Below, in pieces: positions 38,304-46,977 of a stretch of 64,000 nt of DNA. Under the pieces are notes generated by a model, which did not search any database, had not been told where the DNA came from, and was given only the letters and a program-made list of their open reading frames with translations. Numbering within the stretch: position 1 is the stretch's first letter; every line of letters starts with the position of its first letter. Source of the stretch: a virus. The stretch is from the IMG/VR virus record IMGVR_UViG_3300030019_000030; one strand, given 5' to 3'. The position numbers and the translations under genes are program-made.

Positions 38304-38666
38304 ATGAAATATTTGAAAACATATGAAAACTTAAATGTTCCTAAAGAATACATTCTTTGTTTACTTGATCACAAAGATAGATGGGATAGAAATTTCTATC
38401 ATGAAGGTAAAGAACCTGTATATGTAATATTCAAAGTTTTAAAGCATGAAAAAAATAATAGTAATTATTATGATACAGATTTGAAAATAATTTATGAATA
38501 TCAAGATGAAGATAATTATTGTGATCGTAGATGGGACAAAATAAGAAACGAAGAAAGATTATTTTTTGAAAGTATAAAAGATAAAATAATCTATCAATCC
38601 AACAATTCAAAAGATGTATTAAACAAACTAAATATAATTAGGCAATCAAACAAATTTAATCTATAA
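38304..38666 (+). CDS. Hypothetical protein, CTS-like leader + KFNL tail
   Basis: MKYLKTYEN; SNKFNL*. Confidence 0.8.
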   Translation: MKYLKTYENLNVPKEYILCLLDHKDRWDRNFYHEGKEPVYVIFKVLKHEKNNSNYYDTDLKIIYEYQDEDNYCDRRWDKIRNEERLFFESIKDKIIYQSNNSKDVLNKLNIIRQSNKFNL

Positions 38667-38667
38667 C

Positions 38668-38988
38668 ATGAATCATTTAAAAAAATTTGAGAACATAAAT
38701 AAAGAAGATATAGATTACAATAAAATTTATTTATATAAGAATAAAGGTGGATATGTAGCAATTGGAAAAATAAAATTAATCAATAATTGCTACACATTTT
38801 ATGAATATTATGATAATCATGATACCTTTGAATTTGGAAATCTAATAGTAAAAATAGATTATTCTAAATATTATGAGGATGATTATATGAGGATGAATTC
38901 AGAAGATTTTGATTATTTAAATATTGCACCACAAGATGAAATCAAAAAATACAATTTTGCATTAGACTCTAAAAAATTCAATTTATAA
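38668..38988 (+). CDS. Hypothetical protein, CTS-like leader + KFNL tail
   Basis: MNHLKKFEN; SKKFNL*. Confidence 0.8.
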   Translation: MNHLKKFENINKEDIDYNKIYLYKNKGGYVAIGKIKLINNCYTFYEYYDNHDTFEFGNLIVKIDYSKYYEDDYMRMNSEDFDYLNIAPQDEIKKYNFALDSKKFNL

Positions 38989-38989
38989 T

Positions 38990-39262
38990 ATGAAACATTT
39001 AAAAATATTTGAGACATTTGATGAAGAATATAATATTGGCGATTGTGTAATAGTCATCAGTGAATTTAATAACATAGATGATGAGCCAATGATAATAATA
39101 TCTGATAATGATTTTGGTAGTTACACATGTAAGTTTTTAAATCAAGGTAGCCATGACTATCCTGATGTTAAAATTTATCCAGATGAGATTACAAGAAAAG
39201 CAACATCAGAAGATTTAGAAATATCTAAAATGTCTATAACAACAAGTAAATTCAATTTATGA
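38990..39262 (+). CDS. SH3/KOW-like protein, CTS-like leader + KFNL tail
   Basis: MKHLKIFET; YNIGDCVIV; TSKFNL*. Confidence 0.8.
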   Translation: MKHLKIFETFDEEYNIGDCVIVISEFNNIDDEPMIIISDNDFGSYTCKFLNQGSHDYPDVKIYPDEITRKATSEDLEISKMSITTSKFNL

Positions 39263-39784
39263 TTTTATTTCAAAACATTGTCCGAAGTCAGAAAACAACA
39301 AATCAAATTTTTCATAATTTGAACCAAAGTAAATGAAGCAGCAAGCCATTGGAGCACCTTTTTTATCTTCAACACCTTCACTCCAAAATTTCAATCTTGT
39401 ATCTTTTAAAAAACACAAACCTTTTGCTTTTTTGAATATTAAATCTTTAAAATGCTTAGTGTTAGTAGCAACTGGAATCAGATACAAAATTTCACTTTTA
39501 TAATTTTCATTTGCATCGACTCCTTTTTTAATCCAATCATATATTCTTGTTTTATTTTCAACATCTGAACCATAAGGAGGATTAACAAATAAAGTTTTAT
39601 AGTTCCAACTTTCTTTTAATCCATCTGTTGGTAAAATATATTTAATTTTAGCATCTATCATACTAGTTTCATTACTACATGGATCTAATACTACTTCTCC
39701 TAACATTTTATTTATTAATTCTACAAATTTAGGTGGAGTGTTCCATGTTTTATTTTTAGATATACTATTTCTTCCTGCAGTCAT
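39257..39784 (-). CDS. Phage DNA N6-adenine methyltransferase (Dam-like)
   Basis: WNTPP, LDPCS, LFVNPPYG, LIPVATNTKHF. Confidence 0.85.
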   Translation of the reverse strand: MTAGRNSISKNKTWNTPPKFVELINKMLGEVVLDPCSNETSMIDAKIKYILPTDGLKESWNYKTLFVNPPYGSDVENKTRIYDWIKKGVDANENYKSEILYLIPVATNTKHFKDLIFKKAKGLCFLKDTRLKFWSEGVEDKKGAPMACCFIYFGSNYEKFDLLFSDFGQCFEIKS

Positions 39785-39834
39785 TAAATTGATTATTATT
39801 TTTTAATATATATAGAAAAATAAGGTTTCAAAAC

Positions 39835-40524
39835 ATGATTGTCTATAAAAAAATTTTAGAATATTTAGATAATAAAGAAAAGAATGAAAACTACAAATTA
39901 ATTGATTATACTAGATTATCAGATAGTTTAACTAATGATCAAATTAAAGATTTGTGTAAAGAAGCGGAAGATAATAATTTTTATGCAATTTCTGTATTAC
40001 CAGAATTTGTAGCATCAGTAGAATCATTCGTTAAAAATGAAATTAAAGTATCTGCATTAATTGATTTTCCTAAAGGAAATTCAATCACAAAATATAAACT
40101 TGATCAAATTGATAAATCAATTGTCAATGGAGCTGATGAAATTGATGTTGTACTTAATTATGAATTGATAAAAAAAGATAAAACAGAAGAATTAGAAACA
40201 GAAATAAGAAAATTGACGGAATATTGTCACAAAGAAGGTTCAATCATAAAATTAACAATTGAAATTGGAGCACTTAACAATGAAGAAATTGAAAAAATTT
40301 GTAGAATGTGCATTGAAAATAATGTAGATTATATATCTACATCTACTGGAAAATTACCTAATGATGAATCATTTGAACAAAAAATTGAGAAAGTTAAATT
40401 CATGAGAAAAATATTACCTGATTATGTTAAAATAAAATTCACTGGTGGTATTAGAACAACCGAACAAATAAAAGAGATTAAATCTCTGGTAGATAGAATC
40501 GGAACAAGTATAATTCCACAATAA
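39835..40524 (+). CDS. deoC: Deoxyribose-phosphate aldolase-like protein lacking the Schiff-base Lys
   Basis: IDYTRL, IDFPKG, GADEIDVV, IKFTGGIRT; YISTSTG where active enzymes have KTSTG. Confidence 0.8.
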   Translation: MIVYKKILEYLDNKEKNENYKLIDYTRLSDSLTNDQIKDLCKEAEDNNFYAISVLPEFVASVESFVKNEIKVSALIDFPKGNSITKYKLDQIDKSIVNGADEIDVVLNYELIKKDKTEELETEIRKLTEYCHKEGSIIKLTIEIGALNNEEIEKICRMCIENNVDYISTSTGKLPNDESFEQKIEKVKFMRKILPDYVKIKFTGGIRTTEQIKEIKSLVDRIGTSIIPQ

Positions 40525-40536
40525 AAAATATAATTT

Positions 40537-40869
40537 ATGAAACATTTAAAATACTTTGAAAATAAAATAAAAAAATACGAAATTGGAGATTTTGTTATAG
40601 GTAAAGTTGATTGGACAGAAACAGACGGTTATACAATTGATGAGATAAATAATTACTTGAGTAATGAAGCAGGAGAAATAGTAGACATGGAACTAAATGG
40701 AATAGATGATGATTTCATAACTCTACGTTATATGAATTTATCACTACCTATGTTTGAGTTTTGTGAAGATATAATATGTTTTGATACTAATCAAATACTA
40801 AGATATGCAACACAGAAGGAAATAGAAATATTTAAAATGAAAGAAAACACAGAAAAATTCAATTTATAA
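40537..40869 (+). CDS. SH3/KOW-like protein, CTS-like leader + KFNL tail
   Basis: MKHLKYFEN; YEIGDFVIG; TEKFNL*. Confidence 0.8.
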   Translation: MKHLKYFENKIKKYEIGDFVIGKVDWTETDGYTIDEINNYLSNEAGEIVDMELNGIDDDFITLRYMNLSLPMFEFCEDIICFDTNQILRYATQKEIEIFKMKENTEKFNL

Positions 40870-40901
40870 AAAAAGTGATTATCAATTGATAATCACTTTT
40901 T
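40870..40901. terminator. Perfect palindrome / bidirectional terminator
   Basis: AAAAAGTGATTATCAATTGATAATCACTTTTT, near-identical to the palindrome at 33860. Confidence 0.8.
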
Positions 40902-40903
40902 AT

Positions 40904-41698
40904 TTATTTTAAAATATTAAAATATTTATTAAAAATAGCTATTCTGTCATCCAACCCATTTGTACCTCCATTAATACGTTTAGTTAATTCAGTTATAACT
41001 TGGGTAGAACTTCCTTTATCACAAATAGTCCATAAATTATTAGTGTTGAAGAAAAAAGCTGCACTCATCAATGGATATTTAGTTGCTACCAAACCTGGAT
41101 TAGTCAATAAATCTTCAGTAACAAGTTTATCAAATGCAGAATAATTCACTTTACCAGTAAGTTGAATATAACCCCTTCCGCAATATTTATAACCATCACC
41201 AGATGCTTCATCTCCATTACCCATTCGATTTGCATATGCTCTATCAGCTATTTGTTCTGGTTTTCTTGCATATGATTCATTTAATTTTCCTGGAAAATAT
41301 TTAGGAAAAGTAGATTTCAGTGCAGAAGCAGAATAATTTAAATTTTCTTTCACAGCAGTAAAATTCATACTCTCGTGAGCACACTGTGATAAAAAATGAC
41401 ATAATCTAAGAGATGTTGTAATATTAAACTTTGCTGCAGTATCAGGTATTTGAGCCAATACTACATCTGGAATATGTCCTTTTAATTTGTCAATAATTGT
41501 TTGTTCCATATTTTTATCATTATTTTTATTTGTAGTGGTACTTGTAGTAGTACTTGTAGTAGTACTTGTAGCAACTCTTTCAATAGTACTTGAAGTAGTA
41601 GTACTTGTAGTCGTACTTGTAGTAGTACTTGTATCAGAACTTGAACTATTTATTAAATCAAATATAAACTTGAAAAAACTTTTTAATAATTCTATCAT
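40904..41698 (-). CDS. Glycoside hydrolase family 19 endolysin
   Basis: HFLSQCAHES, ENLNYS, YANRMGNG, GRGYIQLTGKVNY, TKRINGGTNGLDDR; Thr/Ser-rich N-terminal linker; start codon uncertain. Confidence 0.9.
   Translation of the reverse strand: MIELLKSFFKFIFDLINSSSSDTSTTTSTTTSTTTSSTIERVATSTTTSTTTSTTTNKNNDKNMEQTIIDKLKGHIPDVVLAQIPDTAAKFNITTSLRLCHFLSQCAHESMNFTAVKENLNYSASALKSTFPKYFPGKLNESYARKPEQIADRAYANRMGNGDEASGDGYKYCGRGYIQLTGKVNYSAFDKLVTEDLLTNPGLVATKYPLMSAAFFFNTNNLWTICDKGSSTQVITELTKRINGGTNGLDDRIAIFNKYFNILK
41531..41634 (-). repeat. 12-bp tandem repeat encoding (TTTS)n
   Basis: GTAGTACTTGTA-type units on the + strand. Confidence 0.85.
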
Positions 41699-41792
41699 TT
41701 TTATAAGTATATATAATTATTTTTATATATACTTTGGTATTACCAATATAAAAATGTATATTTGCATTCTAAAAAATTACACAGACATTTTA

Positions 41793-42443
41793 ATGATAAC
41801 AAATTTTAAAAATTTTAATATGAATGAATCTCTATCAAATTTTGACTTGAGCAAATTAGTAACGATTATATCAATAAATAAAGACTCAGAAGGAAACTGG
41901 ATTTATAAAACAGATGATAGAAAAGAATTTAAACTACCAAAAGAACAAGCAGGAAAATTAACATTGATTGATGATAATTTTGCAAATTTTGTAAACTCTG
42001 GACATCCAATAACAAAATATTTCGAAATAACAGATGATAATATTATATCATATGTAGCGAATTTTGCTGTTGATGCTGTGGCTTTAAGAGAGGGTAGGGT
42101 TTATCTAATAGAAAGGCAAGACGGTAGAGGCTGGGCTTTACCAGGAGGCTTTATTGATGCTGGAGAAACACCTCAGCAAGCAGTTCTAAGAGAACTAACT
42201 GAAGAAACAAAGGCAAAGAGTGATGACATTAAAAGTATAGAGTCATTAGATATGATTAGAACTAATGATCCAAGAGAAATAAATTTCTTCACATTTCCTT
42301 TTGTTATTCATATAAAAAATACATCAGAGCTATCATTTGATGATGATGCAAAAAGTGGAAAATGGATGTTATTAAATAGGGCGTCAAAATCACAATTAGC
42401 ATTCTCTCATCACAATGATATTCTCAAAAAAGTATCATTCTAA
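41793..42443 (+). CDS. Nudix hydrolase with CTS-like leader
   Basis: WALPGGFIDAGETPQQAVLRELTEET Nudix box. Start moved from 41487 to ATG 41793 (MITNFKNFNMNES) because the upstream part is antisense to the lysin repeat. Confidence 0.85.
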   Translation: MITNFKNFNMNESLSNFDLSKLVTIISINKDSEGNWIYKTDDRKEFKLPKEQAGKLTLIDDNFANFVNSGHPITKYFEITDDNIISYVANFAVDAVALREGRVYLIERQDGRGWALPGGFIDAGETPQQAVLRELTEETKAKSDDIKSIESLDMIRTNDPREINFFTFPFVIHIKNTSELSFDDDAKSGKWMLLNRASKSQLAFSHHNDILKKVSF

Positions 42444-42459
42444 TTGTCAAAAAGATCAT

Positions 42460-42493
42460 AAAAAAAGCTGAAATTTAAATTTCAGCTTTTTTT
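42460..42493. terminator. Bidirectional intrinsic terminator
   Basis: AAAAAAAGCTGAAATTTAAATTTCAGCTTTTTTT. Confidence 0.85.
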
Positions 42494-42968
42494 ATAAATT
42501 AAATTTAGAAGTGTCTTTATATAGATTAAAATAAGTCAGATTAATATTAGAAATAATGTTATTTACATCATTCTGTTTAATAATACTTGAAAAACTATAA
42601 TATTCACCATAATCTTCTTTTGGCGACATTATATGTCTTAAAAATGATAGAGTATATGACCATTTATCTTCATAAACTTTTTTTACAGATTTACCCCAAT
42701 GAAAATCTATTTTAATATCAACATTATTAATTATAGTAAAAAGAACATAAAAAATAACATCAAATTCTGATGTAGGAAAACTACATCTATTAATAGTTAT
42801 CATATGTTCATAATCTGGAGGTGAATTTGTAGAATAAAATAAATCAGTATCAATAGTTTTTAAAAAATCAACAATTTTATCACCTAACTTAATTACTTTA
42901 TAATGAGAATCAAGATGAGCCACAAATTCTTCAGTATAAACTACATGTTCCTCAAATTTTATAATCAT
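42492..42968 (-). CDS. Hypothetical protein, CTS-like leader + KFNL tail
   Basis: MIIKFEE; TSKFNL*. Confidence 0.75.
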   Translation of the reverse strand: MIIKFEEHVVYTEEFVAHLDSHYKVIKLGDKIVDFLKTIDTDLFYSTNSPPDYEHMITINRCSFPTSEFDVIFYVLFTIINNVDIKIDFHWGKSVKKVYEDKWSYTLSFLRHIMSPKEDYGEYYSFSSIIKQNDVNNIISNINLTYFNLYKDTSKFNL

Positions 42969-42971
42969 AAA

Positions 42972-43433
42972 TTATATGTTAAATTTTTTAATGTCATTTG
43001 AAAGATCATATTCTTTAATTGACAATTTTTTAATTAAATATGGAATATCAGTAATATTTATTGAACTATGAAAAGAATAATATTGAAAAGTGTTATCAAA
43101 AGGCAATAGTAGTTTTTTAATAAACAGCAAAAAATCTTCACATTTTATCATATCTGTCATCCGACTGCAGTTTTCTATATCTATTCTAATAGAAGGAGTA
43201 TATTCTATCCAATCAAATTGTTCATCTTTAATATAAAATGATATACTGAAAATTTCACCAAATGAAATATTGTTTTTATAAAAAGTTAATTTATAATATT
43301 CATTATCCGCACGCCAACTGGATTGACATTCAATATTCTCACCTTTAATAATATGGTTAAAAATCAACAAAAAAGATTTTGCCAATTTTTCAACGTATTT
43401 TTTTGAATTATAGCAATTATAATTATACATCAT
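42972..43433 (-). CDS. Hypothetical protein with KFNI tail
   Basis: Ends IKKFNI*; C-terminal half similar to 42492..42968. Confidence 0.75.
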   Translation of the reverse strand: MMYNYNCYNSKKYVEKLAKSFLLIFNHIIKGENIECQSSWRADNEYYKLTFYKNNISFGEIFSISFYIKDEQFDWIEYTPSIRIDIENCSRMTDMIKCEDFLLFIKKLLLPFDNTFQYYSFHSSINITDIPYLIKKLSIKEYDLSNDIKKFNI

Positions 43434-44230
43434 TACAATTTATTTAATTTTTCTTGTGATTTTTTAATTGATATCTCAGCAGATTTTATTCTGTCTTGTT
43501 TCCAATAAATATGCTGTCTTTTCCAACTATCAACACAACTATCAACATATTCTTTTTGATGTATTTCCCAACTCTCTTTAGTATAATTTTGCTTTGCATA
43601 ACAATCATCACTTAATGCATTCCATGTAGTTAACAATAACCGTCCATGTTCTCCTTTTATCAACAAATCAATAATTTCATCATCTGTCAATACAATAGAT
43701 TCTGATATTTCTTTTTCACAAGAAGATATTATATTTTTATCATATTCTATTTCTTTTTGTAATTTTTCTTTTTTATTTAATTTTTTAATTTTTTCTGAAT
43801 AAATATTTGTCAATTCAGTATTATTAGTTTGAGGTAAAGTGGTTTTTGTAATATACCTGTAATGAGCTTTTTGAATATTATAGCCACCTGCAATAATAAC
43901 TTCGGTTGAGAAATTGTGAATCACTTCATCTCTTTCAATTTTTGCAATAATCTCAAGATTTCCTTTATTAGAATAACGTGTGCTTAAATAAATAAGTTTA
44001 TCTGTTGTCTTTGTGTATTTTTCAATTGATCTTATCATATCAAATACCAAATACAATATAGTATTCTCCTTTTGAAATTCAGTAAAATATCTACCAGTTT
44101 CTTCATAAAAATTTTCTTCATATTTAACCATCAATTTTTCTAAAGTTGGTTCAATTGTAGTAAGAATCTTATCAATCAACTCATTCTTAAACTTAATATC
44201 CAAAAAGCCTTTATAATTTAGAACACTCAT
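43433..44230 (-). CDS. Hypothetical protein (early-promoter driven)
   Basis: ORF preceded by a consensus Bacteroidota promoter. Confidence 0.75.
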   Translation of the reverse strand: MSVLNYKGFLDIKFKNELIDKILTTIEPTLEKLMVKYEENFYEETGRYFTEFQKENTILYLVFDMIRSIEKYTKTTDKLIYLSTRYSNKGNLEIIAKIERDEVIHNFSTEVIIAGGYNIQKAHYRYITKTTLPQTNNTELTNIYSEKIKKLNKKEKLQKEIEYDKNIISSCEKEISESIVLTDDEIIDLLIKGEHGRLLLTTWNALSDDCYAKQNYTKESWEIHQKEYVDSCVDSWKRQHIYWKQDRIKSAEISIKKSQEKLNKL

Positions 44231-44268
44231 GATTATATATTTTTAATTATTAATTATTAATTTATACA

Positions 44269-44300
44269 CAAAGATAATACATAATCAAATGATAATCAAA
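44269..44300 (-). promoter_or_regulatory. Bacteroidota sigma70 promoter (-33/-7)
   Basis: Exact TTTG-N20-TATCTTTG on the minus strand. Confidence 0.8.
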
Positions 44301-44324
44301 AATAATCATTCATATTAAGGATTA

Positions 44325-45557
44325 TTAATCAATGTTACTATTAATATACAAGGTCTCTACATTTTTTATTTTATTAGTTGAAATTAGTGTATCTTTATTA
44401 TCATATATTTCTTCATTTTTCAATGAATTATCAACTTGTTTATTATCAGGATATAAATTTTCATTTTTTAATTTATTATCATAATATACATTTTCAAATA
44501 ATTTTTCATTTGTTAATTTATTATTAGAATCTACATTTTTAAATATATCTGAATCCCTCAATTTATTATGAGAATCCACATTTAAATACAATTCTTCATA
44601 ATTTAGTGTATTATCTATTTCTATATTATTATACATTTTTTCATTAGTTAAAACATTATTATATTCAGAATTTTTAAATATCTCTTCATTACTCAAAGAA
44701 TTATTTACTATTATACTATCATCAAACAAACTTTCATTAGACAATATATTATTCACTATTGTATTTTCATCATATAATTGCTCATTTGTTAATTTATTAT
44801 CAGAACCTATATTTTTAAATAAATCTTCATTAATAAGTTTATTATCTGAACCTATATTTTTAAATAAATCTTCATTGATTAGATTATTATTTGATTCTAT
44901 ATTTTTAAATAAATCCTCATTAATTAAAGAATTATTCGATATAGTATTTTCATCATATAATTGCTCATTTGTTAATTTATTGTCTGAACCTATATTTTTA
45001 AATAAATCTTCATTGATTAGATTATTATTTGATTCTATATTTTTAAATAAATCCTCATTTGTTAATGTGTTGTCTGAACCTATATTTTTAAATAAATCTT
45101 CATTTGTTAAAGAATTATTATCTATTATATTATTAAATAATATTTCTTTATTTGGAGTTTTAATTATATTTATATTTTTAAATAATATCTCTTTTCTTGG
45201 TGTTTTAATTACATCTACATTTTTAAATAATATTTCTTTTCTTGGTGTTTTAATTAGTGAATTATTAGTAAATAAATATTCTTTATTTGGAGTTTTATTT
45301 CTTGATATGACATTTTCTGAATTACCAGTAACATCATCATTAACTCCAAATTCATATATAGATTTTGGAGGAGTTTTAGTTCTTGCTACAACAATTTCAT
45401 AATTTCCAGTAACATCACCCAATAATTTTCTTCTGATATTTATTGATGATGGTTGAGTATAAACAGTTTCATTATTAGGTGTTAATCCTAATAATCCATG
45501 ATTATTAACTACAATATTATCAATTACATAATTATTATTTAAATTACCCATTTCCAT
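44325..45557 (-). CDS. Asn-rich tandem-repeat protein
   Basis: About 16 copies of a 15-16 aa unit (N.L.NE.L[FY].N), preceded by several TP.KE.LF.N units. Confidence 0.8.
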   Translation of the reverse strand: MEMGNLNNNYVIDNIVVNNHGLLGLTPNNETVYTQPSSINIRRKLLGDVTGNYEIVVARTKTPPKSIYEFGVNDDVTGNSENVISRNKTPNKEYLFTNNSLIKTPRKEILFKNVDVIKTPRKEILFKNINIIKTPNKEILFNNIIDNNSLTNEDLFKNIGSDNTLTNEDLFKNIESNNNLINEDLFKNIGSDNKLTNEQLYDENTISNNSLINEDLFKNIESNNNLINEDLFKNIGSDNKLINEDLFKNIGSDNKLTNEQLYDENTIVNNILSNESLFDDSIIVNNSLSNEEIFKNSEYNNVLTNEKMYNNIEIDNTLNYEELYLNVDSHNKLRDSDIFKNVDSNNKLTNEKLFENVYYDNKLKNENLYPDNKQVDNSLKNEEIYDNKDTLISTNKIKNVETLYINSNID

Positions 45558-45996
45558 CTAATTTTCTTTTCTTAATCATTTCCTCAATATATTGATCAGT
45601 AGGCAATTTAATACTTGGATCTGACTTCTTAATAGGTTTATCAGAATTATCTTTAATACCTTCTTTATCATTTATCTCTTTAACTATTGAAGCTAAATAT
45701 TGTTCTGGACTCATTTTTAAATCATCATCAGTATAAATCATACCATAAACAGTATCATCATTAAATATATAAAATTCTTTTGATGATAAAGTAAAATCTT
45801 GATAAAAAATCAACTTACCTATTGAACCATATGTCAGAACTTGTTTTCCTGTCATTTCCAAATATTTATTCATAAATGGATCTTTAATTCTAACTGTTTC
45901 TTGTTTTAAATCAATAAAATTTTCTCCCAAATTCATTTTAAAAATTGATATCTTTCTAAATATATTTAGCATTTGTGTATTTGATACTATTATCAT
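45544..45996 (-). CDS. Hypothetical protein
   Basis: Coupled ORF. Confidence 0.7.
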   Translation of the reverse strand: MIIVSNTQMLNIFRKISIFKMNLGENFIDLKQETVRIKDPFMNKYLEMTGKQVLTYGSIGKLIFYQDFTLSSKEFYIFNDDTVYGMIYTDDDLKMSPEQYLASIVKEINDKEGIKDNSDKPIKKSDPSIKLPTDQYIEEMIKKRKLDGNG

Positions 45997-46544
45997 TGTG
46001 TATAAATATTATCTTTTAAGTCATTTTTATCTGTTCCTTCGTCATCTGATTTATCTTTTAATTGACCTAATTTATCAATCATAAAATCTTCTTTTATATC
46101 TTCAACATCAACCTCTTCGACCAATTCTCCTTTTTCTTCCATTTCATCGTTAAATTGATGAATTTTCAATAATATTTTATTTATTTCCAATGCTTTACCT
46201 TCAGTTGGAGTTTCAATTGGAGCAGCACCTTGTTCTTGAGATTGAGAATTATCAGTTCCTTTCATTTGATCTAGTCTAACCATAAATATAACTCTATATC
46301 TAAAAAATGAATCTTCATCTTCATCTTTATCTTCAGTTTCTTCTATAGGTTCAGAAAAATTAAAAATTAAAAATTTTTCCATTGGATTAGAATTAGAAAT
46401 ATCTATTTGACCATCCAATGAGCAGCCTTGAGCAGCCAATGAACCTTCACTAAACCATTTTTCGATTTGAGATTTTAATTCCTTAAAAAATACTGTTATT
46501 TTATAATCAGCAGATTCTACATATTCTTCAAAAAGTTTCTTCAT
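45993..46544 (-). CDS. Acidic hypothetical protein with CTS-like leader
   Basis: MKKLFEEYVES. Confidence 0.75.
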   Translation of the reverse strand: MKKLFEEYVESADYKITVFFKELKSQIEKWFSEGSLAAQGCSLDGQIDISNSNPMEKFLIFNFSEPIEETEDKDEDEDSFFRYRVIFMVRLDQMKGTDNSQSQEQGAAPIETPTEGKALEINKILLKIHQFNDEMEEKGELVEEVDVEDIKEDFMIDKLGQLKDKSDDEGTDKNDLKDNIYTQ

Positions 46545-46620
46545 TTATAATAATTATTTTAAAGTATATATAAAAATAACTTCATAGAAAATCACATAAA
46601 AAAATTAATATATAAGAAAC

Positions 46621-46977
46621 ATGAAGTATATTAAAAAATTCGAAGGTTCTAATGAAAAAGGTAAATTTTGGAAAATAAATACAGATGAGCCATATTTTGA
46701 AATATCATTACATAAACTTGGATTTGATGACTCAATAAAGGAGACAATTTACAGTATGAATAACTACCACATAAAAAATAGCGGGTTAGTTTATATTTAT
46801 ATAATTGACACAAACACATCATGGATGGGAATATCTGTAACATGGAGTCAAGTTTCAGATTTCAGAAAAGATACTGCAATAGAAAACGGTAATGAGTATA
46901 TGGGAGAAGTCGATATAACAGAAGAAGATATTAAAAAATGGAAACTAATTAAAACAGCCGAAAAATTTAATTTATGA
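46621..46977 (+). CDS. Hypothetical protein, CTS-like leader + KFNL tail
   Basis: MKYIKKFEG; AEKFNL*. Confidence 0.8.
   Translation: MKYIKKFEGSNEKGKFWKINTDEPYFEISLHKLGFDDSIKETIYSMNNYHIKNSGLVYIYIIDTNTSWMGISVTWSQVSDFRKDTAIENGNEYMGEVDITEEDIKKWKLIKTAEKFNL

Noticed and set aside
41487-41792. Long N-terminal extension of the Nudix ORF (VVLVVVL repeats)
   Set aside because: It is the antisense reading of the lysin TTTS repeat; a family-type start exists at 41793.
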